The translations under genes were made by a program, and so were the position numbers. 64,000 bases of DNA. Source: the human T2T-CHM13v2.0 reference genome, Homo sapiens. Under the pieces are notes generated by a model that worked only from the letters and a program-made list of their open reading frames with translations, ran no database searches and had not been told where the DNA came from. The stretch's first letter is position 1. Every line of letters begins with the position of its first letter. Below, piece after piece: positions 1 through 16,820 of the stretch. The DNA is taken from assembly GCF_009914755.1 (NCBI RefSeq), contig NC_060934.1. One strand, written 5' to 3'.

Positions 1-1
1 C

Positions 2-97
2 TGCTGGTTTGTGCACAACAGTGGAAAAGGATTCATTGACGGGCATTACAAGGATTACTTCGTGCCTCAGCTCTACAGCTTTCTCAAACGGCCTTAA
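2..97 (+). CDS. ITIH2: Inter-alpha-trypsin inhibitor heavy chain H2, C-terminal end of last exon (partial)
   Basis: Translates to [31 protein letters not shown] (TAA 95-97), recognised as the ITIH2 C-terminus; followed by AT-rich UTR and AATAAA. Confidence 0.92.
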   Translation, partial: CWFVHNSGKGFIDGHYKDYFVPQLYSFLKRP

Positions 98-175
98 AGG
101 TTTATAGTTTGGGAAATTATATATATTAATATACATCTTTCCCCTGTCACTTTTGCAGATATTCTTCGGTTTGAA

Positions 176-236
176 TAATTAAAATGAACCAGATATCAGG
201 GTGGTTAATTAAAATGAACCAGATATCAGGGTGGTT
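176..236 (+). repeat. Perfect 30-bp tandem duplication in ITIH2 3'UTR
   Basis: TAATTAAAATGAACCAGATATCAGGGTGGT at 176-205 and 206-235. Confidence 0.95.
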
Positions 237-263
237 TATAAAGCCTGTAAACACACCTAAGAA

Positions 264-269
264 AATAAA
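264..269 (+). terminator. ITIH2: ITIH2 polyadenylation signal AATAAA
   Basis: AATAAA about 170 nt after the stop, T/GT-rich sequence at 286-310. Confidence 0.8.
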
Positions 270-399
270 CATTTTACAAATGAGCTTTTAGGATTTTGTT
301 GCATTTTTAGATGCCGAAGTGTGTGGATCAAGGTGGTGCCGAGACAAGCCAGCGTCTGGAAGAGCCTTAAATTTGGTGTTTACTGTGATCATTTATTAA

Positions 400-697
<298 letters not shown>

Positions 698-1004
698 GAT
701 CATTTCACTGCTGTTGAGTCTCAGGTCCTCAACCTTGCAGATCGCGTCCATTTTTACACTGCTAGTTACATGGGAAGTACAATTATGAGAGGGTTATATG
801 GTGAGCATAGAACAAGAAATGGGGGTTACTTGATCTTAGGTGCTTCGTAGAGATTTATACTAAAGCCCTGTTACCCTCTGTAGAGATTTATACTAAAGCA
901 AGGATAGCCTTGCTATGGTGCCTGTGATAGCCCAGTATTTTTAGCCAAGATTCTCTTCATAGTGTTGGTCCCTGGGTCCCTTTTGAGTTTATGAGGCCTG
1001 GATT

Positions 1005-1506
<502 letters not shown>

Positions 1507-1744
1507 TAAAATCGCTCAGGATGTTACCTCAGATGGCTAATTATACACATTGTTAATGTTGCTAAATGAATTCTGAATCATAGTTCCAAATTCTCTGGAA
1601 GCCCTCTGTGTCTGTGAATCAAGTTTCACACAAATTTAATATACCTTGAACACAGCATCTTTTTTAGTACTCCTGGTAGAACTGTTATTTCATTTGCATT
1701 TAAACCATTTCTGAGTAATACCACTTACATGCTAAATCTTAGAC

Positions 1745-1750
1745 TTTATT
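1745..1750 (-). terminator. KIN: Candidate distal KIN polyadenylation signal (AATAAA on - strand)
   Basis: TTTATT on +. Would give a ~5.1-kb 3'UTR. More proximal candidates: ATTAAA ~6817 and ~6583; AATAAA ~4286 and ~3991. Confidence 0.5.
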
Positions 1751-2194
1751 TCAAAATAAAGTAGTAAATTATGTTCTAACAAAAGACCAATGACATTTAT
1801 AAGGGAGAATAAAATAAGCAACAAATTTAAAGCGAAACTAGGTTACTTTATGCTGTCTGCATTTGTATAGTGGATTTTGGTGCTAAGATGCAAGTCTGAA
1901 CCAGTGTAATTCTGTGCTTTGCTGTGTTTACAACTTTCCTTAAAAAATCAATTCCTAAAATGAACGTATTTTCAAAAGTCAAATTGGTGAACTTGCACTT
2001 TAAAAAAGCTTTTTAAAGGCACATTTTTATGAATCTTCCTTTCCATAATCTGGTAAAAATCATTTTTCATTGTAGAGGCAAAACTCTTTTTTTGGACATA
2101 TCCAACCCATATTTGAAAAAGCAAGTGAGCTCCTCTAAACCTAATTGCAAAATCTTAAGGAAATCTGATTGTTTCTAGAAGCTAAAGATTACTG

Positions 2195-2340
2195 GCTGGG
2201 TGTGGTGCCTCATGCCTATAATCCCAGCACTCTCGGAGGCCAAGGCAGGAGCATCACTGGAGGCCAGGAGTTCAAGACCAGCCTAAGCAACACAGTGAGA
2301 CTCCCATCTCTTTATAGAAATAAATAAAAATAAAGATAAA
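2195..2340 (+). mobile_element. Alu left monomer (FLAM/AluJ-like)
   Basis: GGCTGGGTGTGGTGCCTCATGCC...CCCATCTCT plus A-rich tail. Confidence 0.8.
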
Positions 2341-2565
2341 CTTAGTGCTGAAGAGGTAAATAGCACTACCTCTTAGTTTTCTTCTTCTATAAGAAGTGCT
2401 CACCTATGATACCCTTTTGAAAAACCTACTGCATCTTTTCCATTTCCTATTTCAAAAATAGAAAAATATTAAATATTAGAATGCTAATATTCAACATAAA
2501 CTTCAAAAGTGAGATTTTAGCATTAACTCTGTTATTTGGTTAAAATCTTGAATTTAAAACTTCTA

Positions 2566-2845
<280 letters not shown>

Positions 2846-2894
2846 CGATGAAAATCTTGGGGTGTTAAAAAAGAATAGCTTAAAACAAAATGAG

Positions 2895-3830
2895 AAGACA
2901 GGCCACTGACTGAGAGAAAATACTTGCAAAAGACACATTCGATAAAGAACACAACTGAAATATACAAACAACTCTTAAAATTCAACAATAAGAAAATGAG
3001 TAACCCAATTAAATAATGGGCAAAAAACCTGAAAGACATCTCACCAGAGAAGATATACAGGTGGCAAATAAGCCCATGAAAAGATGCTCCACATCATACT
3101 TCATCAAAGAAATGCAAATTAAAGCAATGACAAGATCCCACTGTACAGCTATTAAGATGGCCAAAATCCAGAACACTGACAACATCAAATGCTGACGGAG
3201 ATGCAGAGCAGCAGGAACTCTCATTCACTGCTCGTTTGAATACAAAATGGTACAGTCACTCTGGAAGACAGGTTGGTAGTTTCTCAGAAGACTCCTGGCA
3301 TATGATCCAGCAATTGTGCTCTTTGGTCGTTACGTAAATAAGTTGAAAACGTCTATCCACAAAAAACCTGCGCACAGATGTTTGTAGCAGCTTTACTCAT
3401 AATTTCCAAACCTTGTAAGCAACCAAGATATCCTTCAGTAGGTGAGTGCATAAACTGTGGTGCATTCAGACAATAGAATATGCAGTGCTAAAATGAAGTG
3501 CGCTATCGAGCCACAAAAACCTAACCAAAACAACATGGAGGAACCTTACATGCATATGTTCTACCAGGTGAAAGAAGCCAATCTGAAAAAGCTACACCCT
3601 GTGTGACTCCAACTATATGACCTTCGATGGAGACAAAACTAGGGAGACAGTAAAAAGATCAGCGGTCAGCAGGGATTTGGGGGGAGACAGGGAACAGACA
3701 GAACACAGGAAACTTCTAGGGCAGTGAAACTGTTCTGTGTGATACTACAGTGGCAGATGCATGTCATTATACATTTGTCAAAACCCACAGAGACTGCTCT
3801 AAAAAGTAAAGTCTATGTTTGAAATAAAGA
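2895..3830 (+). mobile_element. Old L1 (L1M) ORF2 end/3'UTR fragment
   Basis: AAATGGGCAAAAAACCTGAA, GAAATGCAAATTAAA, CATATGATCCAGCAATT and ACATTTGTCAAAACCCACAGA motifs. Confidence 0.8.
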
Positions 3831-4809
3831 AAAATAGCTTATGATACTTCAAAAATCAAAGTCTAATATGAGACCTGTTGTTAGTTATCTGCAGTCATTT
3901 TGCTTAGCATAAACTCTATCAAGTTCTACAGACTCAGAGGGAAAAAACTACTGTGAAGTCTATAATCGTATTTTTATGCTTCAGATATTTTTTATTGAAT
4001 TTAACCTCAAGTATGCTGCCTCATTTCATTCTGAAATAATTTCAGAAAGACGTTGGAGAATTAAATGTGGGAGGCAGACATGAAACATTTTTTCTCTGAA
4101 GAAAACCACCAAGTTGATTCCAAACGTACATACTTGGGGGAGGCATATGTAATTTGTCTGGTTTTACTCATCACTATTTGTTATCAGGGAGAACCATTCT
4201 CCTTTTTGAAATTCTTCAGACCAGATTCTTAGTAGTCCAGGCTCAACTTCTTGGCTTCATTTCTGGACATGACCACTCACTGCCATTTATTCAATACCTA
4301 CTATGTGCTGGACTTCATGTCTGATGATTTATATGTATTTTCTGTAGGTCTCCCATCAACCCTGCTGAAAAACATTTTGACAATTTATACATTAAAAACA
4401 TTGCAATTCAAGAACATTAACATTCTAATATTACAAAGCCAATGAACAGAACTGCCAGAATTTGATCTAAAGACTGCCCACACCCAAAACCCAGTTGCTT
4501 TCCATAATGTGCTGTCAGGTTACTTTGGAAAAACCTTAATTCATCCCTGAGGAACATTTTCTGTAAAGCTTCTGCCATCATCCTATTAGTATTTCTTTAC
4601 TGCCTCTTACATTTCTGCTAACAGCATACGTTCTCCCATCTTCTGAGAATAGAAGCAATCAGCCCTCCCTGACTCTCAGTTAAAGAGAGAGATCCCAGGG
4701 TTTGGCACCGTACCTGTGTCTGACGTCAGCTTATACCCATCCTCATGTTTGAAGTGATCATCCTGGTATGGTCTGTTTTTTGTTTGAACTCTTGTAGAAG
4801 ATCAACTCA

Positions 4810-5546
<737 letters not shown>

Positions 5547-5859
5547 TCACACCCGGTCCCGCTGCCCTGGAAGCTAGCGTCTGCTCCTTTCAGTCATGTG
5601 CACTACAAATATCCCTTCGTTTTTCCTTTGGCACAGGCAAATGTGGGTTTCCTGTCTTTTGCATTCCCTAATAATACACTGCCCTACTTATTTCAAACTG
5701 TATGGTTAGGCAGGGTGCTGTGGCTCACACCTGCAATCCTAGCACTTTGGGAGGCTGAGGCAGGAGGATCACTTGAGCCCAGGAGTTTGACAGCAGCCTG
5801 GGCAACACAGTGAGACCATGTCTCTAAAAGTAAAAAAATTAAAAACAAATAAAACTATA

Positions 5860-6432
5860 GTTCAACATTGCTGGTAGGACTGTAAAATGGTATAGCTGCT
5901 CTGGAAGAGTTTGGCAGAAGCGAAAGCTTCTGTTCACATAAAATCCTGTAAATGGGTGATCATGGCAGCATTATTCACAATAGCCAAAAAGTAGAAACAA
6001 TCTAAATGTTTATCAGCTGATGAATGGACAAACAAAATACGGTACATCCATACAGTGGAATATTAAGCAGCCATAAAAACAAATGAAGCACGCCTACATG
6101 CTACTGCATGGATAAACCTTGAAAACATGATGCTAAGTGTAAGAAGCCAGTCATAAAAGATCACATATTATATGATTCCATTTATAAGAAATGTCCAGAA
6201 AGGGCAAATCCATAGAGACAGAAAGTACGTTAGTGGCTGTCTAGGGCTAGGGCAGAGGGGAAAAATAGCGATTGACTATTAAAGGGTTTCATTTTGGGGT
6301 ATGAAAGTGTTTTAAAATCAGACAGTGGTGATGGCTGCACAATTCTGCAAAAATACTAAAAACCACTGAATTGTATGTATATTTTAAATGAGTGAACTGT
6401 ATGGTATATGAATTATTACCACAATAAAGCTG
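5860..6432 (+). mobile_element. Old L1 3' fragment (preceded by Alu monomer ~5708-5850)
   Basis: GCAGCATTATTCACAATAGCCAAAAAGTAGAAACAA...CAATAAAGCTG. Confidence 0.78.
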
Positions 6433-6845
6433 CTTCTATATTTATAGTTTGACATTTAAAATTTAGTCACACTTAGAGTTCAACTTTACTACTCTACTAC
6501 TGAAAATATAGAGTGTATGAAGGATTTCCTCCAATTACATGATTCTAAATTGTCATAGATAAAACACTTTATAATAACATTCTTTAATGAAGATATAAAC
6601 TCATCAAGTAAATTACAAAGGAAACAAAAATAACAAGGACAAAATTACATAGTTTGATACCTCATGAGACATAATTAAATTCTTCTCAAAGTTTAGCTGA
6701 ACAACTAACTATACAGTAATATTTTCAAAAACCTGTTTGTTTTATACAAAAGAATATACCCTAACACAGTAGAGTCTCATAATGCCTTGGCGAACACCAA
6801 TTTGATGCTTTAAGATTTTAATGTATTGTTAACAAATTTTCAAAC

Positions 6846-6908
6846 TCAGGCAAGTTTAGAAATGTCTTCATATTGAATTCCTTCAACTCTGCGTCCTTTT
6901 AAAGGGCC
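6846..6908 (-). CDS. KIN: kin17 exon 13 (GPLKGRRVEGIQYEDISKLA*)
   Basis: tttgtag acceptor; 63 nt ending in TGA. Confidence 0.96.
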   Translation of the reverse strand, partial: GPLKGRRVEGIQYEDISKLA

Positions 6909-7134
6909 CTACAAATTAAAATAATTTAAAATAAGGTTAAAAACACATATTCCTAAAAGACAAAAAAATGACACCATACTTATGGATACAAATTTGCCTT
7001 TTCCGCATCCCTAAAATACCATTAAGATTGTTAACATTTGTATACATCTATGAATTTTAAGAATAATCTATGGCATTCTCATTAAGAACTACCATATTTT
7101 CTTCTGTGACATCTGACATACGTTATCAATAGAC

Positions 7135-7530
7135 ATTGTGGCAGAGACCTGCTAGCTGTTCAGTATCTCCTCTGCTTCCTGGATAAATAGCCAGTTTCCT
7201 GGCTCCCTTGTGGTTAGCTGTGGCCATGCATGGAGCTCCAGCCCATGAAAGCAAACAGAAGTGACGGTCCAGACGTGCTATAACTGACACACAATCTGCC
7301 AAGCTCCTTTTGCCTGCCCAGTGCACACAGACATGGCAACTGGAGATGCCACTTGAGGGCAGTAGAGGCACTAGCTGGAAGGACCCTGGGTTCACAAATC
7401 GCCACTTAGAAAGAGTTCCCTGATCAAAAATACCCATTTGGGGTTTTCAGAGTGAAACGTTAACTTCTACCATGTTTGTGCCATTGTCCATTTGGGGTTT
7501 TCTTTTTTTTATAGGAAATATCATTTTGTA
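7135..7530. mobile_element. MaLR LTR (MLT1-like)
   Basis: TTTCCTGGCTCCCTTGTGGTTAGCTGTGGCCATG pattern; a similar element lies at ~25910-26345. Confidence 0.55.
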
Positions 7531-7983
7531 AGCATTACAGATACTCAAACACGTTTGTCTAGGTTGGCTGTGATAGTTACACTGGTCCAGATTATAAAAA
7601 GAGTCCAACTTTAACTTTATTTTCTTCTTTCATATCGAACAAAAAGGGAAAGAGGAAAACTTAATTAATGAAAGATATTTTCTATCACAAAAGCGGATAT
7701 AACCTGGGAACACAGAGGCTAAGAATATGGGCTGTGAACCTACACTCCCCAAGTTCAAATCTCACTTTCAACAATTGATTTAACCTCTCTGTCCTTCAGT
7801 TTCCTCTCTGTGCCTTATTATCTCCCAGTGGAAATAATGGTAATGTCTGTATGATTGGGTTGTTGGGAAATATAAATGAGTTATTTCATATAAAGTGACT
7901 AGACCTGGAACTTAATATGAGTGAGAGCTCAATAATTTTCAACTCTAATTATTATTTAATCTTTTGTTTAAAATTTGAGAGTT

Positions 7984-8320
7984 GGGTCGGGCGCAGTGCT
8001 CACATCTGTAATCCCAGCACTTTGGGAGGCCGAGGCAGGTGGATCACCTGAGGTCAGGAGTTTGAGACCAGCCTGACCAACATAGTGAAACCCTATCTCT
8101 ACTAAAAATATAAAAATTAGCTGGGCATGGTGGCACACACCTGTAATCCCAGCTACTTGGGAGGCTGGAGCAGAAGAATTTCTTGAACCCGGAGGCAGAG
8201 GTTGCAGTGAGCTGAGATCGCGCCATTGCACTCCAGCCTGGGCGACAGAGTGAGACTCTGTCTTGAAAATAAATAATAAAATAAAATAAAATTAAATTAA
8301 ATAAAATTAAAATTAAATTT
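7984..8320 (+). mobile_element. AluS
   Basis: Full dimer with (TAAAA)n tail. Confidence 0.9.
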
Positions 8321-8847
8321 GACAGTTAATCCTCTCCCTTGCAAAATATAACATGATGATGATGACAATAATGATGATGACAATGATGATGACTCTAACC
8401 CTAGAACTGAGATTTTAACATTTTTTTACTGCTTCCCTTCACAACAAATAATTATCATATTTAAAGGAATTAAGTTCCCAGATAAAGTATAACCTAGGTT
8501 AGATTTTTCATTATCATGTTTAATGGTCTATGGTCAATTACATTTTTCTGATAAGTACCATAAATCTGGAGAATAAGAAGGGAGCCAGACATTTGGGCTT
8601 ATAGGGCAAATAGCTAAAAAGCTGAAGCTATTTAGGAACAATTTATTGGATGTTAAAAATCTGCTTGATATATGCATAAATTTCAAATATTATCAACGAC
8701 ATGAAAACTTAAGGTGCCAGAAATGATAAAAATAACCACTTGCAAAGCTCAAGTGATGACACAAGCATATACAGAGATTTTTTTTTTTTTTTTTAATGAG
8801 GACAGGCTGAAGAAAGGAAGAAAAAAAAATTAGGAGACAGATTCCCT

Positions 8848-9263
<416 letters not shown>

Positions 9264-10657
9264 TGAGAAATTAGTTTTTGATGAATGGACACAACCTGCG
9301 AACCAAAGGTATCGAGATGGAACTCAACACAGCCTCAACAGTAATCAGTTGTTTTGTGTTTCCCTGAGATGAAAACATGAAACAGGATCTGCATTTGATA
9401 GCACTATGAAATTAATAAGGTAAGTTTCATGCATGGTCCATGCAAAAAAAAAAAAAAAAGAAATTAATAAGGGAAGGATAAGCAAGTTGTCAAGGAAATA
9501 CTGGATTTTCTACTGCCTTATGCTGATAGAGTCAGAGAAAATCTTATAGAGTTTTTTGTTAAAACTCAATCTGCTAATTTAGTCAGACTGACATGTTCCT
9601 CAATGCCAAGTAAGAGTCCTTTTTCCCTTTCTTCCCCTTAGTTTACGTTAGTAACAGTTAGCAAGTAACAGCTTCTAGGTTAGCATTGTCAGGATCAGAA
9701 AGAAAAAAAAAAAGGAGAAAAGCTTGATTTACTGAAATGAGAATTCTCTCAAATAAGGACCTAAATGGTTTTTCCAGAAAACCTTCCTAGACACATATTC
9801 TCTAACAGGTCCATGGGCTTAGGGGGCCTATAAACTCCCCAAGAGAACAAATAAAATTTGGCAATTATGTGCAATGTTTTGAAGAGTCTAAACTTTCATT
9901 AAACTCTCTAAGTGAGCTATTACTCCCAAGCTCCCCCAGAAATACTAAAACTGACTGTACTGGAGATAAAAAATTCTTTTGTTTAGCATCAAAGATATGC
10001 AGTGCAGTAGTTCAGAGTTCTAAAAGGAAACTTTCTTTCTGAAGATATCTCAGACCTCACTCACAGACCTGTGAGTGAAATATCAGTTCTAAGTCAATAA
10101 CCAACTTTATTTATAAGTCAGAGTTCTTTAAATTACTGTATTGATCTCTGCTACCTTAAATCCTTTATGAAAAAAGGGGAGACATTTTAAAAAGTGGTTG
10201 ACCTCTGTGGTTCCCTCCCTCTTGACAATGACTTTACTTCCCCCACTAACTTTACTATGCCAAATTGAGTTTTATATTCGATATGAGGGGAAAAAAGGAT
10301 ATAAAACTGTACCTATTACACACACTTTCATAAAACACCAAGATTGGAAAGGAACAGACCAAAATATTAATGGGGTTTATTGCTGGGCTGGGGGACTATG
10401 ATTAATTTTTATAATTATTTATATTAAATTATGTTTTTTGGGGTTTTATGCATGAGTACACATTTCTTTTATAATCAGAAAATAAAATACTTTAGCAATG
10501 GCAGAGTCACTGGAGAAAATAAGCTTACAGATTTCCAAATAGGATAGAAGGCTAACAAAAAACTCAAATTCTAAAATAAAGAACAATCCAATTAAAAAAA
10601 ACTATGGCACATTTTTAAAGCATTTTGAAATTTCTGTCTTTGTGTAAACAAACTTAC

Positions 10658-10758
10658 AGTTTCAATGACGATAGTAGCTGAAAAAGTCTTCTCATTGATG
10701 GATTCTAGGGTACCTTCATTTCCTCTGTAGCCTCCATTTAAAACTAGAATTCTTTTTC
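10658..10758 (-). CDS. KIN: kin17 exon 12 (KRILVLNGGYRGNEGTLESINEKTFSATIVIET; KOW/SH3-like region)
   Basis: catag acceptor, gtaagt donor, 101 nt, phases consistent. Confidence 0.96.
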
Positions 10759-11307
10759 CTATGATGGAAAAGAATATAAAAATTAATGTGAAGAAATATC
10801 TCCACTTTTCTTCTAACTTGTTACAGCAAAATGTACTACACTGAATAAACATAATAAAAAACAAAACCCTTTTTCTTAGAAGTTCTCAATCATTTAAGAA
10901 GTGTGTAGTATTTTAGTGCGGTGTATGGATACTTTCACTACTCGAACATTATAAGACTTCTCATTTTTCCCCCAATTATTTGTTAAAGGAATATGTATGT
11001 TTTACTTTTAGACTGCAAAGAATATAAGGTACTTGGAGAAAATGTTCAGAGTCCAGAAGTAATCAGAGACAATTTAGCTTACTTTGTCTCTTTGCAAAAT
11101 TCATAAGATGGTTTGGCAGTTTTACAAAAATTTAAACTTATACCTAACATGTGACTGAGCCATTCTATGTATTTACCCAAGAAAAAAGAAACCAGATATC
11201 CACACAAAGCTTTGTACGTATATGTTCACAGCAGTTTTATTTTTAACAGCCAAAAGCTGTAAATAAGCCAAATGTCTATCAACAGATAACTGGATAAACA
11301 AACTGGT

Positions 11308-11622
11308 ACAGTAGTCCCCCCTTATCCCAGGTTTTGGTTACTCTCAGTCAGCGTGGTCCAAAAATAGGTGTGTAAAGTACAATAAAATATTTTGAGAGAA
11401 AGAGACCACATTCACATAACTTTTATCATACTATATTATTATAATTGCTCTATTTTATTATTAGTTATTATTCTCAATCTTTTACTGTGCCTAATTCATA
11501 AGTTAAACTTTATTATAGATATGTATGTAGGAAAAAACATAGTATATATAGTGTTTGGTACTATCCATGGTTTCAGGCATTCACTGGTGGTCTTGGAAGG
11601 TATAGGTTAAGGGGGAATACTG
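11308..11622 (+). mobile_element. MER44A-like Tigger DNA transposon inside an L1 fragment
   Basis: Terminal inverted repeats CAGTAGTCCCCCTTATCC / TAAGGGGGAATACTG; internal GAGAGACCACATTCACATAAC. Confidence 0.75.
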
Positions 11623-12285
11623 CATATCCATACAATGACATACAGCAAGAAAAAAGAATGAACTACAGATACGTTCCACCACATAGGTGAATCCAAAATA
11701 ATTACACTGAGTGAAAGTAGCCAGACCAGAAAACAGGACACATTTATATTTATAGAAACTTAATTTATATAAAATTCTAGAAAAATATGAACTGAACTAT
11801 GACAGAAAGCATGTCAGCAGATGTCGAGGAAGACAGAGGATGCAGGAGCAGAAGGTAGGAGGGAGGGATTAGAGAGGGAAATGAGAGGATCTATTCATCA
11901 GCTAGATTGTAGTGATGGTTTTATGGAAGTAGGCACATGTTGAAACTTACCGAATTGTATACTTTACATATGTGTGATTTATTGTACATCAATTTTACCA
12001 CAATAAAGCTAACATAAATTTTTGTAATCTGTAAAAAGAATTTTTACTTTAGGGGGAAAAAGAATAAAGAATATGATAATAAGAAGTTCCAGAGACTGAT
12101 GTTATCACTACATTGGCAATGACACCCCCAGGAAGATTTTGAGTCAGAGGTAAACAACCTGGTCAAAGTAGTGTTTGTACTCAGATACGGATAAGTTTCC
12201 AAAAGGCAAAGACACCTAAGGGGAAAAAAAGCAAAATAACACAGACTTTCACTTGACTATGGCAGAGAGCTAAACAAATACATCA

Positions 12286-12930
12286 CAGATTGAACATTCC
12301 TAATCTGAAAATTTGAAAAGCTCCAAAATGTAAAATCTTTTGAGTGCTGACATCATGCCACAAGTGGGAAATTCCACACCTGACCTCCTGTGACAGGCCA
12401 CTGTCAAGATGCAATCAAAATTATTTAAAATATTGTATAAAATTACCTTCAGGCTATGTGTGTAAGGTGTATATAAAACATAAATGAGGATGAGTATGGT
12501 GGCTCAGGCCTGTAATTCCAGCCCCTTGGGAGGCTGAAGTGGGTGGATCACTTGAGGTCAAGAGTCTGAGACCAGCCTGGCCAACACAGTGAAGCCCCGT
12601 CTTTACTAAAAATACAAAAATTAGCCAGATGTGGTGATGCATGCCTGTAATCCCAGCTACTTGGGAGGCTAAGGCAGGAGAATTGCTTGACCTGGGAGAT
12701 GGAGGTTGCAGTAAGTCAAGATCGTGCCGCCACACTCCAGCCTGGGTGACAGAGTGAAACTGTGTCTCAAAAATAAATAAATAAATAAAAATAAAATAAA
12801 ACATAAATCAATTTTGTGTTAAGACATGGGTTCCAACCCTAAGATATCCAATTATGTATATGCAAATTCCAAAATCCAAAATTGGAAACTCTTCTGGTCC
12901 AGGCATTTCAGATGAGAGATTCTCAACCTA
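12286..12930 (+). mobile_element. Tigger4 (Zombi)-like element interrupted by an Alu (~12490-12805)
   Basis: CAGATTGAACATTCCTAATCTGAAAAT...GGAAATTCCACACCTGACCTC...ATTCTCAACCT; related copy in reverse at ~52350-52657. Confidence 0.7.
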
Positions 12931-13224
12931 TAACCATAAGCCTAATATAACAAATGCTATCCATATATGTCTACGTTTTGCTTCAGGAAAAAAAAAAAAA
13001 AGTATTCCAGGAAAGGAAAATCCATTGATGCCACAAAACAGCTTCATCAGAGAGCCAGTAAACTACGATGCCCTTGAATCCAAACAGAGATGAGTTACGC
13101 TGGCAGTTAATGTCGCCAAGACAGAAAAATAACAACCAACAAGTACTGTCAAAATACAGTGGTTTGAAAATGGAACCGCTCATTTTGATGGCATATGTAT
13201 TAAATGGTCTGCAAACAGATTTAC

Positions 13225-13324
13225 CTGGTGCTGGAATTACTGTCTCTAAATGAGTCTGGTCAAGTTTCAGCTTGTCTCCAGAATCAATCATCTTCACAAC
13301 AGCTGTATATTTGTCAATTACTTC
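13225..13324 (-). CDS. KIN: kin17 exon 11 (EVIDKYTAVVKMIDSGDKLKLDQTHLETVIPAP)
   Basis: gacag acceptor, gtaaat donor, 100 nt. Confidence 0.96.
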
Positions 13325-13728
13325 CTGTCATGTAAAATGAACACTTTTATAATAGAAGAAATATGTGCACACTCATTTAAAAGGTCAAAAGCAAATGAAA
13401 TGAAGACAAATAAAATATCAATCAAAAGAAAGAGTAACTCCTTCTATAAATGACACTATTTTCTAGATTCCATACATGATTTCCCAGTCTATGGTTCTCC
13501 ATAAAGAACTCAATTCAAAGCTTAGTAAAGGTTTTCATCTGGAAACAATAACAGATTGGTGGTCCTGGAATAAGACTTTAAGAAATCTAACAAGAGGGGT
13601 AGTTTTGCCTAGCTTAATGTACAGTGGAAGAAGGGCAATAGGCATGCACAAGGCTGGGTGCTAGAATAAAACTAAATTTAGGAAAGGCAAAAAGGGAGAA
13701 AAGGCCTAGAATATTGATACAAACTTTA

Positions 13729-14097
<369 letters not shown>

Positions 14098-14490
14098 TCA
14101 TGAGACCTCTGAGAGTATAATTGTTAGGCTGGCATAAAAGTAATTGCAGTTTTTGCCACTACTTTTAATATATGGCCTATCATTAAAAAATAAAGTACAT
14201 TTTACTGACAAGCAAGGCATGCATGCTGAGGTTTTGAAGAGGTGCTGATGGGCCTTCATACATACTATCTGTCCTAGTAAGAAAACAGATCAACGCTGAG
14301 TAGAAACTATGGATGAAAAAGAAATATTTCTCCAACAATCATGAATTCAGCTTCCATTTCATGGAATAATCAAGAATTTTAAACATAGTACTTCTGCTAC
14401 TAGGACTTGATTTTCAAGAAATACCAAAATAGCTTCACTCAGTGACCCAAGCTTTTTTCACAAATTCCATTCATAATTGCACGTCCTTAC

Positions 14491-14559
14491 CTTAACAATA
14501 GCCTTTTTCTTATGATATTTCTCTCCCAGTTTCTTGGTTATAATTTTCACAATAATTTC
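14491..14559 (-). CDS. KIN: kin17 exon 10 (EIIVKIITKKLGEKYHKKKAIVK)
   Basis: ttctag acceptor, gtaagg donor, 69 nt. Confidence 0.96.
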
Positions 14560-15646
14560 CTAGAAAATAATAACAAAAAAAATGAAAGGAAAGACAGAAG
14601 TTATCGTTTGTCATTTACTTCTTCCTTTTAAACTATGTTCACCCAAAACCACAGGAAAATGTAACTGCCCTGCCAAATAAGAAATGCTGGAGTTCTCTGC
14701 CTTCCCAACAATGACAAACATTTCCTTAGCAATCTTTTATTCCTTCTTCCCCTTTCTGTTCAACGTGGTTAGCAAGAGGAAAAAAATATATACATATATA
14801 TAAAAAATGTCTGATTTCTACATTGCAGATTTCTGGAAATCTAGGACTGTTATCGGTAAAATTCAACTCTAGTACTTCACGTCTTTCGTAGATGGTTTCT
14901 TTCCATTGCAGGAAGTGAAAAGCGCTGAGTTGTTCACTGCTGATAAAAACTCAGATTGCAAGAGACTCACTGGAAATTGCAAGGCACTGAGCCTGCAAGC
15001 TTATGCAGGACAGTTCTCACTATGCCCCTTTCTCATTAAGTTGCTTTGAATTTTCATACAGTTGGGATTCCTCCAGATTAGATATAGCTAAAGGTATTGT
15101 TCTTCTGACCATCTAATTCTCAAATGGGAGGGAAATCTGGGCTTACTTCTTATGAATGAATTCAGAGTTTGCTTCTTTACCATTTTTTCCTGATTTGGAT
15201 TAGTTGTCTAAAAGCTAATAATGAAAATTAAATTGCCTAACAATGCAATATTACTGCAGTGATTCTATATTTGCTACTTCAAGTGAATATATCAAAGAGA
15301 TGGTCAAGTATTTCATAAAGCCATGCTTAAAATCGTACTAACAAAACTTTAGGAAGGACTTTGGGGAGAGGGTATTTAATAGTAGAAAGATAGGTTTACG
15401 GAAAAATGTGAACGGTCTTATTCTGAAGTCTCTCTTTTAAGACTTTCTAAATGAAGCCAATTAATGCCAAAACAACTTCTCCAATTTAGTCATACTATTT
15501 TCTGGGCTAATTTCTCAAACGCTCTCATGGGTTCACACTCTAGTAATTGGAAGATAATTCATTACATCACTGTACTTATTGGCCCTTATCCACAGTAGAT
15601 CTGTTAAAAATATTTCCTTTCTGAGTTTAAAAACTAGGCACAGTGG

Positions 15647-16215
<569 letters not shown>

Positions 16216-16820
16216 GAATAAGACACTCTGAAAGTTTTATGAAAATGTCATGTCTCAGTAAGTCTAAAATAGAGCATCAATAAATAATCATTTTAAAATA
16301 TTGTTAAATGTTTAAAAACTATTTTTAAATTATTTTAAAACAATAAGCAATAATAAATAAGCAATAAAATATAAAACTCCCTTGAGTTTGTGAAATTAAA
16401 GCCTGCTTTTCTCCACAATGTACCTATTAATAAATGGACATTCTAGTTCCAATAAGTTGTAAATTGAAAACCAACACTTGGGCATTTACAGTTCTACTTT
16501 TTGAACTCATTTCTGAAAACATAACCTCTTGTCTTATAGCAAAAATTGAAAATTCCTGGCTCAAATTTAAGATGCCCATAAACAAGTTTAGCACTAAACT
16601 TAAAGAACATTATTAGTCTATAAGCATGAAGTAACTCTCCAATAGAGGTGCAACCAATAATTAATGATCTAATAGGAAGAAAAGTCATTATAAGTTATAA
16701 CTAACTCTATCTATATAGATTATACGTGTTTGAAAAGTTTAGTTACTTATACCAAATGCTAGTTAAATCATTCACTTAAACATACATTTAGAACTTAAGA
16801 AACTCCAACTGAATACTTAC

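Noticed and set aside
847-899. 20-bp direct repeat GTAGAGATTTATACTAAAGC with 13-bp spacer, superficially CRISPR-like
   Set aside because: Only two copies in human DNA with no cas genes; a local duplication.
10592-10864. ORFs extending KIN/ATP5F1C exons (also 12983..13297, 19951..20187, 53059..53262)
   Set aside because: Real exons read through into flanking intron; not separate genes.
12985-13130. Possible intronic snoRNA in KIN intron 11 (TGATGA on - strand)
   Set aside because: No convincing paired D box with terminal stem, and no recognisable guide sequence.
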